Of a stretch of 64,000 bases of DNA, positions 24,371-35,600 are shown one piece after another. Each line of letters starts with the position of its first letter. Positions within the stretch are counted from its first letter, which is position 1. The notes below the pieces were generated by a model. The model was not told the origin of the DNA. It saw only the letters and a program-made list of their open reading frames with translations, and ran no database searches. The stretch comes from Nemertoderma westbladi (Eukaryota; Animalia; Xenacoelomorpha). The position numbers and the translations under genes were made by a program. The stretch spans positions 1 to 64,000 of the forward strand of contig JAUCBJ010005881.1 of NCBI GenBank assembly GCA_032718475.1, written 5' to 3'.

Positions 24371-24902
24371 TTAGGAGTTTACAAATAGATTTCCACGTAC
24401 CTGTACACTGTAGTAAAGACAGCGGTAGAATTCCATTGTCTTTATATGTGAACATTGAGGGTAATACCCTTATGTATCACATAGGAGCGGGATTTGTAGG
24501 TATAAGAAATGGAATTATACTTGGAACTCACAATATTGAGACATTTTCGAAACTTTAGACAATCCATTTGGATTTGAAAAAATTTTAAAATTTTCTCCAG
24601 TGAATAGATTTCAGGGTACAGTCGGGTGGAACTTAAAATTAGAGAAACAAGAGAGGAAGACTTGCGAGCCTTTCTTAAAATTTTAATTAAATTTTACACG
24701 GTCTTGTTTCAATAAGTTACGTCAAAATAGACTTCCCTATATTTATTACTAATTCTTGATTGCTTATTTTCTGATAATAGTTTGGGATCAAAAAGTGAGT
24801 ATTTTAGACTCACAGCCAGTTTAGCCCAAATTCGTTTTTTATTTCGGCAAAAATTTTAGATAAGAAGCAGCGTGTCATTAAAGAAACCCTAGATCTTAGG
24901 CT

Positions 24903-26576
24903 ATGGGTAGGAGGTTAGAGCGTTGTCGAGCCAAAAAAGGCAGACGAAAACTCTCACGTCTCCTCACAACTAACTACAAACTCTGTTGTAATCCCTCTAG
25001 TAGTAATGATTATGTAACTACACCTCTAATTATGGAGAGGATGCGTGTATTGGGCTATTACGTCACCTCCAAGAGCGGTCTTACAATATTATTTAGCAAT
25101 AGAGTCGTCAGTGAATGTTTGCTTAATAACAAACGTATCGTGGAGATTACGGATGAATCACGGCAGACGCGCGCACCTATCGGTCACCTTGGTGATGATT
25201 TCGAAGTAACGACTACGATCACTGACGATCCTTTAGAGGAACTTCTTGAGATAGAAAGGAACCTCCCGAAGAAATCTCAGACGGAGATTCGACAACTTGA
25301 AGCAACAGATGCTATAGTTTGTATACAACCTTCAGAAACCTACCAACCCATAGATCCAGATGATTATGATTATAGTGTGGGAGGAAGCGCTCGACCAATT
25401 GGAGATCTTATATAAGAACGAGTGTGGTACCCTGCCAATACGATGTGTGGTAAATGTGGCGTCGCTGGACATCATTCGACCAAGTGCAGTGGAAAGCACA
25501 TTACTACGACTCAACTAATCTGTGGATGGTGTGGAGATCAAGGGTCTCATACCTTTTATACTTGCTGGAGATTTATGGCTCAATGTACTTATTGCAATAT
25601 AAAAGGGCATCGAGCATCTGAATGCCAACTAAGAGACATACCCTATGAACACGAATCTGTAAAACTCGTGAGAAAACTATTCGATGAGTGGGAAGATTTA
25701 GCCGACGAACACGTATCGGCACAAAGAAGACGATTTCCGATGAGGGCGCATCTTGGATTTTGGGCGGTAAATCCCCAAACGATGATGTCGGAAGGATACA
25801 TCTCCGCTATGCCCCAATATGACGAACTTATCGAGGTAGTCGATATTTTGCCTCACGACAGTCGATTCCGAGTAGTGCGTGAGTATCTATTACAGATTCA
25901 CCCAGACAACAAGAACACGTGGAATTTTCAGAAAGTCGTAAATCGTATCACGTATGGTGAATTTGATCGTTTTCGAACTGAAAAGCGGAATAAAGGAGCT
26001 TGGTTAACCGTCGCATGGGCGTACCGAGCCGCGTTTTACCACAAACGTATACGAGCGAGCGTATTCGAGGAAGAGGAGATCCTAGAGGCGACAAATATAC
26101 CAGCCACTCCGGTTGCGCCGTCTGCACGTCACACTCGGGAGGACGGGCAGGGTAGGATCATAAGGGTCCAGAAAGTTAGCCAACAATTAAAGAAGTCTAT
26201 TAATATAGAAGAACGCAAGGGAGTTGAGCCGACCATTCGAATTACTCGGGATACGGTATCGCTTCCTAGAGAACCAACAGGAGGATCGGGACATACACCA
26301 GCTGATCAAAAGGGGGCGCAAGCTACTCTTGGGTCTGTGTCGTCCGCTTCCCGCGCATTCCCAGACGTTTTACCAACTGTAGTGACAACTGATCGGTCAC
26401 GAGGAATCGGTCGAGGTTTTGGGATGCCAAATAGACGAATTTGCGAGGAAATAGTCGCACCGTCTCCCAACGTCCAAACGAAACCAGTGACTCGCCCCAC
26501 GAGTCCCATATCGCGAGCAAAGTGACCTGTGCGCAGTTTTCGAGGACGCGGCAGGGCTCGATCCACTAAGCGATAA
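24903..26576 (+). pseudogene. Element 1 accessory ORF: zinc-knuckle protein of unknown function, interrupted by in-frame stops
   Basis: ORFs 24903-25415 and 25422-26525 share a frame, separated by one TAA; after TGA 26523 the frame continues PVRSFRGRGRARSTKR*; knuckles CGKC..H..C, CGWC..H..C, CTYCNIKGHRASEC. Confidence 0.75.
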
Positions 26577-27371
26577 AAGGGAGGGCAAGGGTGGACGGAA
26601 GACTCGTGAGCCTTTCTTGTGAATTTGTGATTTATTTGAATTATATGTTTTATATTTAATTAGTAAGTTTTGTATTCTGGAAGAACTCATATTTAGTAAG
26701 ATTTATATTTAGTAAGAATTTATATTTTGCAAGATTTATATTTTATATTTGTGATTATTCCGAACTTATGCAATTTATATTGTTCCGAATACTATGCAAT
26801 TTATATCTTATAAGCAGTATTTGTATTTACAGTGAAATAGAAAGTAAGAGTAGATGGAAGACTCGTGGGCCTTTCTTATAGTTTCATTTGTAAAGTGTTA
26901 TATTTGTATTTAGAAAGTTTTATAGTTAGAAAGTTTTGTACTTAGAAAGACTCATATTTGTAATTATTCCGAACTTATGCAATCTACATTTAGGCACGAA
27001 AGTATTTGTAATTATTTGAATTTATGCAATATTTGAGATGCAATAGTAGATGGAAGACTCGCGAGCCTTTCTTATGATTTCATTTATTTGTATTTGTAAT
27101 TGTTTGAATTTATGCAATATTGAGATGCAATAGATTTATATTGGTGAATTTAATTTAGATTTATATTGTACTTACTTAGTAAAGCCTTAAATATGTAAAG
27201 TTTGAATTTGTAATTATTTTGTATCGAATTATTATGTAGAAAGGAAGTATTGCTTGAAATTTAATTTGTAAATATGTAAGTACGCGACGCCCTAAGTATT
27301 CTATAATTTGATTGATTATTGGTGAAAACCGTATATTTTATGCACGATAATATCCTGTTTTCATGGAGCGG

Positions 27372-29269
27372 TATAGAATTATATTCTCTAGATGCCGTGG
27401 ATTTTCAAAATTTTTATTTTATTCGAATTAACTTTGCTAAAGATTACATTAAGTCCTCATTTGTATTTGCTATATCTATTTGTACAATGATTAGTCAAGT
27501 GGTTCAGTAGCTCAGTCGGTAGAGCGTTGGAAATTATATGTAGTGTGTATTGAGTTCGAATCCTAGTAAGTGCGAATTATTTTTTGTGCAGAATTTCAAC
27601 TCATTTAAATTGGCCGCTACAAATTAATTGCATTTACTCGAAGTAAGGTTAAGCAATGAGACTGTAGTTATTAGATTGTAACCAATGTCGTACGAGTTAT
27701 ATATTTGCTGGACCAATAGCTATCTTTAAAAACCTGTTAGAACTCATAGAACAATCGAGAATTTTCTCGATTGATTGCGGCACAAATTTGGTATAAAAGG
27801 TGCGATTTCGTTCATTAGTTATCTCTCTCTATCTTTCTTTCTCAGTTACATTATTTCAGATTACATTGTTTATTGTATAATAGTTATTGTTTGATTTTGT
27901 AATAAAAGTTAGAAATACTTGTCACATCTGCCCTTTTCTATCTGTTTTATCATGCTTCACCACGGTGAACCCAACTGAGGGACAGGATGGCTGGCTAGAC
28001 ATCGGGCCGCAGCAATGAACGGGAACATCAAAGGAATGTAGACACGAGACAACCCGCAATATCATCTTAGTTATTCGCCCATCGCCTGAAAGGTTAGACA
28101 GCGTTCGATGCCTTGCTACCTAAGTATAAGACCAAAGATCGAAGGTAGAGGTAGTGACACGCTGTACGCCTAAAATTACATCTAGGGACTGTACTTTCTT
28201 AATTCAGGAAAAAACCGCAGTAGACCTTCATATTCCTACGGGGGGGAGAGGAGAGAGCTCAGGCAGAGATACTAGTACGCAGATAGGACGTAGGCACACC
28301 GGTACAAGGCATACACATTGGTAGGGTGCAGCAAACTGTACGCCTAACTCTTGCTAAGTACAGGTGCGTCTGTGACTATTTGTAGTACAACGGTGTCCAT
28401 TGCATCAGAACTTGTAGGCCAGGAGAGTTGCTGTGTTTCACCTGAATTAGGATTGTACCGTTCAGGCGGTAGGGCAGTTTACGACTAGGCGCAAATAAAT
28501 TGAGGCTAATTAGGGATACTAACATCTACCGTGTTCCCGCCGACATCCTGATAGGAAGTTACCAAGCCCACCTAGGTAACCAAAATTCTAGATAGGACGC
28601 CAGGCTAGCTATTAGTAACCGTACGCCTACTGTAGTAAACTAACACATTTCTTCTTAGTATTAGGGACCTGGTAAATTAAAATTGCCGAATTCTGGGCGT
28701 AGTATTAATCTCATGCCTGAATTTGAGTCCTGGAAATACGCAAGAGGGGAAGGAGCCTTATCATTCGTGAGTATTGGCCCTACAAGTTACAAAATTAGAA
28801 TATTCGTAAAATGCACACCGTACCCAGTAATTATATATGTGAAGGAGCAAAACTGATCTTGACTGTTCAGAATTAACACACGCGCGTTAAAAATTATTTA
28901 CATCTCAAAATATATAAAATTAACTTTTGTCCGTACTGCACTTTGCCCGCTAGTTAGACATCTCCAAATCTCTGCACCTAGCTAGCGTCTCTTTCGCCCA
29001 ACCATATAAATCACACCGCAGCAAAGTACACGAGCCCTTTAGTCCGTCAGTGAGTCAGCCTGATTTTAGGATTCGCTGCGCGGGATTTTGTTTTATCGAA
29101 GTTTGTCTGTTCGTAGACTGTTTTCTGCCTCACCGGTTATAAGGGACCAATACTGCAATATATTCGCTTACTTGGAGTTTAATGTTTTGGTGAGAAGGTC
29201 GGATTTATGATTTGATTCACAAACTTTACAGTAAGATATTGCAGGTATTGTTACTGTCTCTTCGAATTA
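27372..29269 (+). repeat. Element 1 3' LTR (1898 bp)
   Basis: Direct repeat of 14790-16688; preceded by PPT-like GGAGCGG; followed by TSD GAGAT. Confidence 0.95.
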
Positions 29270-29287
29270 GAGATAGATAACTAAACG

Positions 29288-30467
29288 TGTAAAGGCTTTT
29301 GCGGAATTAGCCGGTTATTTTCCCGGTAAAGTACTCTGTAGTTGGTTTAACAGGCATAAAAGGCCGTGTCCTTACTGTACTGGTGTTTTAGAGGACATAA
29401 AAGTCATTTCTTCTGTATGTGTACTTTAGCGGACATAATTCGCAATTTTATGACGCAATGCGCCAAATCCTCTGTAAACAGTGTAGCTACCATGACGACG
29501 GCTAACAGCTGATGCTGTACACGTGGAGCCTTTTCTTTGTTCTCTGTTCCTTCTTTGTTCGGTCGACCAATCAGAGTGTTTTTGCCTCTGTGTTAGAGAT
29601 TGTATATAGAAACTCGTGGAGTTGAGTCAGTATGTGATTTTGTCCACAGCCTACAACACAGGCTTTGGAACCTCCGTGTTTCAGTCTTTAGCCCAACATT
29701 AGTAGGCTTAATTATAGAACGTATATCTGTTATCAATCCAAACTCAATAATCATAACTTACTCACTCACTCATAACTTAACAAACCATTCATAACTTAAC
29801 ATTTTACTGCTTTTACTGTCGGTTATTCATTATATTTGTTGATGGAATATTATATTTGGAATACTGATAAATAATCAGACACCCCAATCTTCTTGATATA
29901 CTAAAGGTTAGAGAGACCGGTTACATATAACGATTGCGACTTACATTAAGTGGTTTGAAGTGAATCTAATGCTATTTTATAGGCCCTACATGTATTGTCT
30001 GTTGTTCTCCTTATATGTGACTAAAATTAATGAAGGTCGGCAGATCAGTGTGCAGCATTGTGCAGTATTGTGTATGATTGTGATTGATAACAAAGCATCT
30101 CCTAAAGAATGCGCCATATACGTGAATCTATAGCCATTCCGTTGTGTCTAGTTTAAGTCATAACTCTGTTTATATATTTAAAGCGCCACGTCCTAAAGGA
30201 ACTGTTAATATTTCCCGAAAGTGAATAATATTTGTCAGAGATTATATATATTACGATCAGTCGAATAATACAGTAGGCCTACCCCGCAATACGGTTAGGC
30301 TTCCGAATCCAGTCTCCCGGGTATATCCAGCGGGTGAATGATCGCGCATAGACTGGCTTCGGCTAATGTAGTGTATCAAATACTTGTCATAGGCTAAAGA
30401 TGATCTATCATCTAAAAGACATCCCAATTTGGCAGGTTAAACTGCTAAAGGTCTGAAAACGCGAACA
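29288..30467 (+). repeat. Element 2 5' LTR (1180 bp, TGTAA...GAACA)
   Basis: About 11 substitutions versus 46720-47899 by eye; CCAAT ~29567, TATATA 29603, Inr-like TCAGT 29627. Confidence 0.96.
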
Positions 30468-30734
30468 ATAACAGATATACCTTCTGTATTGCAGTAGGCA
30501 ATAACGCTGAAGTACCGGACAACCGGTACCTAGTAGGCCTGACTACCTAACCACCCGGACCGGTACCTACAGCAGTACAGGTACATCAGTATTATTCGAT
30601 TGTGAAATTGTATACCGGTAGGCTGTTTAAGAGATTAGGGACTGTACACCCCTTGTTTCTTTTGGAGCTTACTTATTTCTGTCAGTTTTATTTATTTGTA
30701 GGCCAGTATTGAGCAGAAGGCGTGTAAGCCTGCT

Positions 30735-31320
30735 CAGATTGTACAGACAATTTGTAGGCTAGACTGTTGTCTGACTGTTGTTAAGTCTGAAGGGACTGTA
30801 GTGTGTGTAGAGCATATGTCCGAAAAAGTACTAGTTAGGAAAGTAGGGGCTGCCAGTGCTGTGAGGTGAACCCCCCAAGAAAGAATAAGTCGTACTACTC
30901 GGTTAGAACGCATACTAACTAACCATTTCGGAGTCTGCATATATTGTAGTTTATTTAGGCTTGATAGTAGTCTGCCAGCGTTTGGTCTGTACCTTGTTTG
31001 TGTAGTTTGTATGGGTAGCGTAATAGTTCTTATTTAGATAATTTGTAGGCTGGATTTTGTCTGACTGTTGTTAGGTCTTGAGAGATTTCGGTGTGTGTAG
31101 AGTGTATGTCCGATAAAGTGCCAGTTGGGAACGTAGGGGCTTCCAGAGCTGTGAGGTAAACCCCCTCGAAAGTATAAGTCGTACTACTGGGTTAGAACGC
31201 ATACTAACTAACCATTTTGGAGTCTGCATATACCGTAGTTTGTTTGGGCTTGACAGTAGTCTGTCAGTATTTGGTCTGCATTTTGTTTGAGTAGTCTGTA
31301 CGCGTAGCGTAATATTTATT
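30735..31320. repeat. ~290-bp diverged tandem duplication in element 2 leader
   Basis: Two copies of AATTTGTAGGCT...AAGTCGTACTACT...GGAGTCTGCATAT...GTAGCGTAATA. Confidence 0.85.
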
Positions 31321-32650
31321 ATTCAGAGTTTATGCGATTATTCGCAACATTCATATCCCCAAGTTTATTCCTACAGTAATTGTGCTTGTTATATATACCG
31401 TTATAGTTAAACTAACCCCGGTACTACATCAGGGCTGCTTGGCGTAGGTAAAGACTGGTGATTTTGTGCCCCGGTCACTCCAGCAGATACCGTGGTTCTT
31501 TTAGCTGTTCAAGTATTTTTAACTACTGATTATTTGTTGTATAAGTACTTGTACCTAATTTAGGGTTTAGTGTACAGTGCTTTCCGAAGGTGATTAGTGT
31601 GTAGGCAGTATATTTGTGTTGTAAAGTGGTTAATAGGCACGTTGGTTCTGGTAGACCGCGGTAATTAACTTCTAGGTAGGAACACTCCGTGATACATAAC
31701 GTAGTACTTATAGCGCCACGGCTATAAGTCGTCAGACGGTGGTATTTTTCTATCTGGACAACGCAGTATATTTACTACTACTTATTATTTTCAAATACCG
31801 TAGTACCCTGTCCTTTGTAATAACCAGATATTCTAACCCTTTGTTAGGCTGGTTAGTAAACTTCTTGTAAAACTACCCTAAAAATTTGTACTTGTAAATT
31901 TTTGTGTTTATTTAGAGATTGTAATCTCACCTCGAATTGTACGTAATTTGTAGTATTAAGTAACTTAGGTAAATTAGAATTATTTGTTTTAGTGTCCAAC
32001 AAGTAGCACTTCACTGAGAGCGCACAGCTTCTGTGTAGTGACTCCCCCCAGAAATAATAACATTTATTTCAAATATTGACAAAACCCATTTAACGGGTAA
32101 ATATATTATAAATCAACTCAAACCGATTTATAAAATAGTAGGCCTGCCATACAACAATTAGGTCTCAAGATCAGTTAGACTACTGCTCAAATAACGGTAA
32201 TCAAGTAAAGCAAAGTAACCAAGTAACCCTAAAAATTCAGAAATTCAATTATTCTAAAATAATTGATATACTATTTACAATAGGCTTATTATATTTATTT
32301 CTATAAATTTAGGCTGAAATTATACCGGTATTCTGTAATTAATTCTAGTCCATAATTATACTTATATATACTATAAGTGTAAGCTGTATACCGGTATTCA
32401 CGATAGGCCTATTATATATTTATATATACTTGTGCTGAAATTACATACCGGTATTCTGTGACTAATCTAGTCTGTGACAATACTTATATATATATACTAT
32501 AAGCATACCGGTATTCTAATATATTATATATATATTACGCTACACTGAGTAGCAGTATCGGTAATTAATTACTAGGCTAACAGTGATACTGAATTACTAG
32601 ACTTGCTTAAACTGTAATATAGCAGTAGGCATTCAACTGTACAAACCAAC

Positions 32651-35600
32651 ATGTCCGACACAAAGCAAAACCTGTCAGATAGTCTCCTAGATACAACCAT
32701 ATGTGACCCAGACAGGAGTGTGGAACGTGTAGGACCGAAGTTCAACTCACCTCCTACTGTAAGAAAGATCATCCCTCCCGTAGTAATATCAGACCCTAGG
32801 CTAGTCCAACATCGTAGGTCTATCATAGGCACTTGGGCTCAGGTCAAGCGGGACCGAGAAGCAGCAGAACAGCAACAACCCGTGAGCCAATAACTTATTT
32901 CTCAGCGGCCCGACAGCTCCAGTAGTGCGGATACTGTAGAGCTGACACCCGAACACGGCGCAAAGATGACAGATGTGGTTTATTCGGACCCCCTTCTCAT
33001 CCTTCCTGCAGCCGTACTCACTAGGTTATTGATTGCGGTGGAAGAACACCAGATCGATTGGGCGAGAAATAAGCGATAAACTAAAGATAGTTATGCGGGA
33101 TACACAAGGGAAGAACTGAAGTCTATTGTCGAGTCGCAATGGAACTTCCCCGGACCCGGACTCCCGTTTGATTTATCAGAAGCTGCCTGGGAAGACATAC
33201 ACAGGATGGGAGTAACCAAGGAAACCATCGATCCAGCTGTGTGGAAGAGGTCCGCAGCCGGATACGTACAGGGATTCTTCAGCTCCATGGAGCGATTAGA
33301 AGAACAACTGTTTCAACAACCCCAAGGACCTCAAGAGCAGGGACAGCTGCTTTATCAAGTTAGAGAAAGAATTCTACGAATCAGGCTAATCTTATCGGCC
33401 TTTGAAGAGGCTTCTAAAAGAAGACAAGACACGTCGTTGCAAGTTGCCGTAAAGACTTGGTTTCAACGGGTGAGTCTCCAGGTGCAAGGAACGGCTCAGT
33501 GGAAAGCCCAGCTGGATGAGCGCTCAACCCATGGAGAATCAACAGATGCTACTTTTTCCCAAGTGGAAAGTGAAGCGACGGCAGAGAAACCGCATAAGAG
33601 GAATGCCATTGACATCTATCTGTCAGACTATCAACGTTTTTTAGGTGATGAAGAGTTGAGGAGAAGGCTAGATGGACTTAGCCCTAATAGTGAAGGAACC
33701 CAGCGTGTGTTGGACGCCATCGATGTGGATATGAGAGCTGCGAACCAAGCTAGATTTGATGAATGCCTCCGCATCACTAGAGTCCAAGAAGAACAAGTGA
33801 AGAAAAAACGTATAGAAGACAGAAAGACAGCGGCAGTGGCAGCAGCAGTGGCAGCGGCAGAAGCAGAAAGAAAAGCGGCAGTGGCAGCGGCAGAGGCAGA
33901 GGCAGAAGCGGAAAGAAAAGCGGCAGAGGCAGAGGCAGAAGTGGAAAGAAAAGTGGCAGCGGCAGCGGCCGAAGCGGAAAGAAAGGCGGCTATGACAGCG
34001 GCAGAGGCAGTAGCAGAAGCAGAACGGAGAGCTTCCGAAGAAACCACCCAATTAGAATTGGAAAACATTCAGGAGAATCAAGACTGCATAAATAAACAGT
34101 TAACAGCTAGTAATATGCAGATGATGAGTCGATCTACTCCCAAAAGACAGGGATATACATCATCTGAGGAAGGCGATACCACCGATACTGAAGGCGGAGG
34201 AAATAGATCTCGTCTAAGCAGATGTAAAAGAACATCCCACCGTCAGAAATTGCCTGATTTGCCCCCAGCTGTTAGAAGGCAACTAAATAACACAAACTTA
34301 GGTAGTACAGAACCCACAGACCAAATAATTAAAATAGAAAGACTCCCTACTATAATAGATGAGCCTGAAATAATTAGGCCTGTTCCCAAAGCCACCCTTT
34401 CGGTGATAGAGACACCTGTACTCCCTGAACCTACCTCTAAATTCCCTCTGCACAGCACTAAGCTATCTGTGCCCCACAGAACCACCCTTGAAAATGTTCA
34501 TGTCCTGGACTCCGAGCGAAATATTCATGATTTGTCGCCCGTTGTCCCTCATCCGCCCGCTACAACGTTGGCGCCTCCCGCTTCGGCGGTCGAGTGGGTA
34601 GATGAGGGACGACGGGAGATGGGTCTCCTGCTCGGACAGCTGAGGGAACAACATTCTCGCTCCTCTCAGCAGGCCCAGGAGATGGAGGGAACTGTGCAGC
34701 AGTTAAAGGGAACGATTAGAGAGAGTAGGTTAGAGTTGCAAGAAGTGCAGCAAAGTATCGCGTTAGAACGCGATAAATTAGTAAATACACAAAAGGGTAT
34801 ACCACCAACCCCGGTAACAATGTGTCAACCTGTTAGGTCTGAAGTATTTCATGCGCAAGGTGTGGAGCCTACACACATATATACTGCTAGCGAAGTAGAA
34901 ACTCCTATAGTGAACCCTATTAAGGGTAATTATAGACCTGTTGATAATGATATTCCCTATAGACCTGATCATAATCCGAGAAATTTATATACCGATAACT
35001 CGATATTAAATAACACGATGGCCCAAGAAAGTTTTACGCGTCAAATGGCTAGAACCGAAGTCCGTCAAGCGGTAAAGGTGGGAGAGATAGTCAAGTTCAA
35101 TGGAGAGGTCAATGGAGAGGAGATGAAATGGTTACCTTTTAATGAATATTATAAAGATAACATACAGAACTCTGTACTATCTAATGGGGAGAAACTTAGA
35201 TTCCTCATCGAGTGATTGGAAGGATCTCCCAAGTTAATGGCGTTAAAGTTTATTGGACATCCAGACGGATTAAGACAAGTTTGGGATACACTAAACATCA
35301 GGTATGGTAATAGGAATAACATAGCTAAATATTTGTATGCAAAATTAGTAGCGCCCCGAAAGTTCATTAGCAGCGGGATAATAGAGTTTTCCGATGAGAT
35401 TCAAGAGATCTGTAGACAATTAGATTGGTTAGGTAAGTCTCATGAATATCAGAGTTCTATGGTTATTGGAGCCGTGGCTTCTACTTTACCGAAGGGTGGA
35501 GTAGGTACACGCTGGGATAAGAAAGTGTTATATATGATGGAACAACAACGACGAGACCCTACCATGGCTGATCTCATGTCATTCTTAGATGGAGAAGTGA

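Larger units (their letters stand above)
14790..29269 (+). mobile_element. BEL/Pao LTR retrotransposon, element 1 (14.5 kb; RT-less; accessory ORF)
   Basis: Direct LTRs 14790-16688 and 27372-29269; 5-bp TSD GAGAT (14785-14789, 29270-29274); BEL-type Gag, protease and integrase motifs. Confidence 0.95.

Noticed and set aside
24903-26525. env gene in the post-integrase position
   Set aside because: No signal peptide or transmembrane segment seen; the protein is a basic zinc-knuckle protein.
30295-30375. HDV-like ribozyme in the element 2 LTR (long stem followed by GGCTAA)
   Set aside because: A stem CCGA..CCAGTCT/AGACTGG..TCGG exists, but I could not build P1/P2/P3 or the L3 motif. An Infernal/RNArobo search would settle it.
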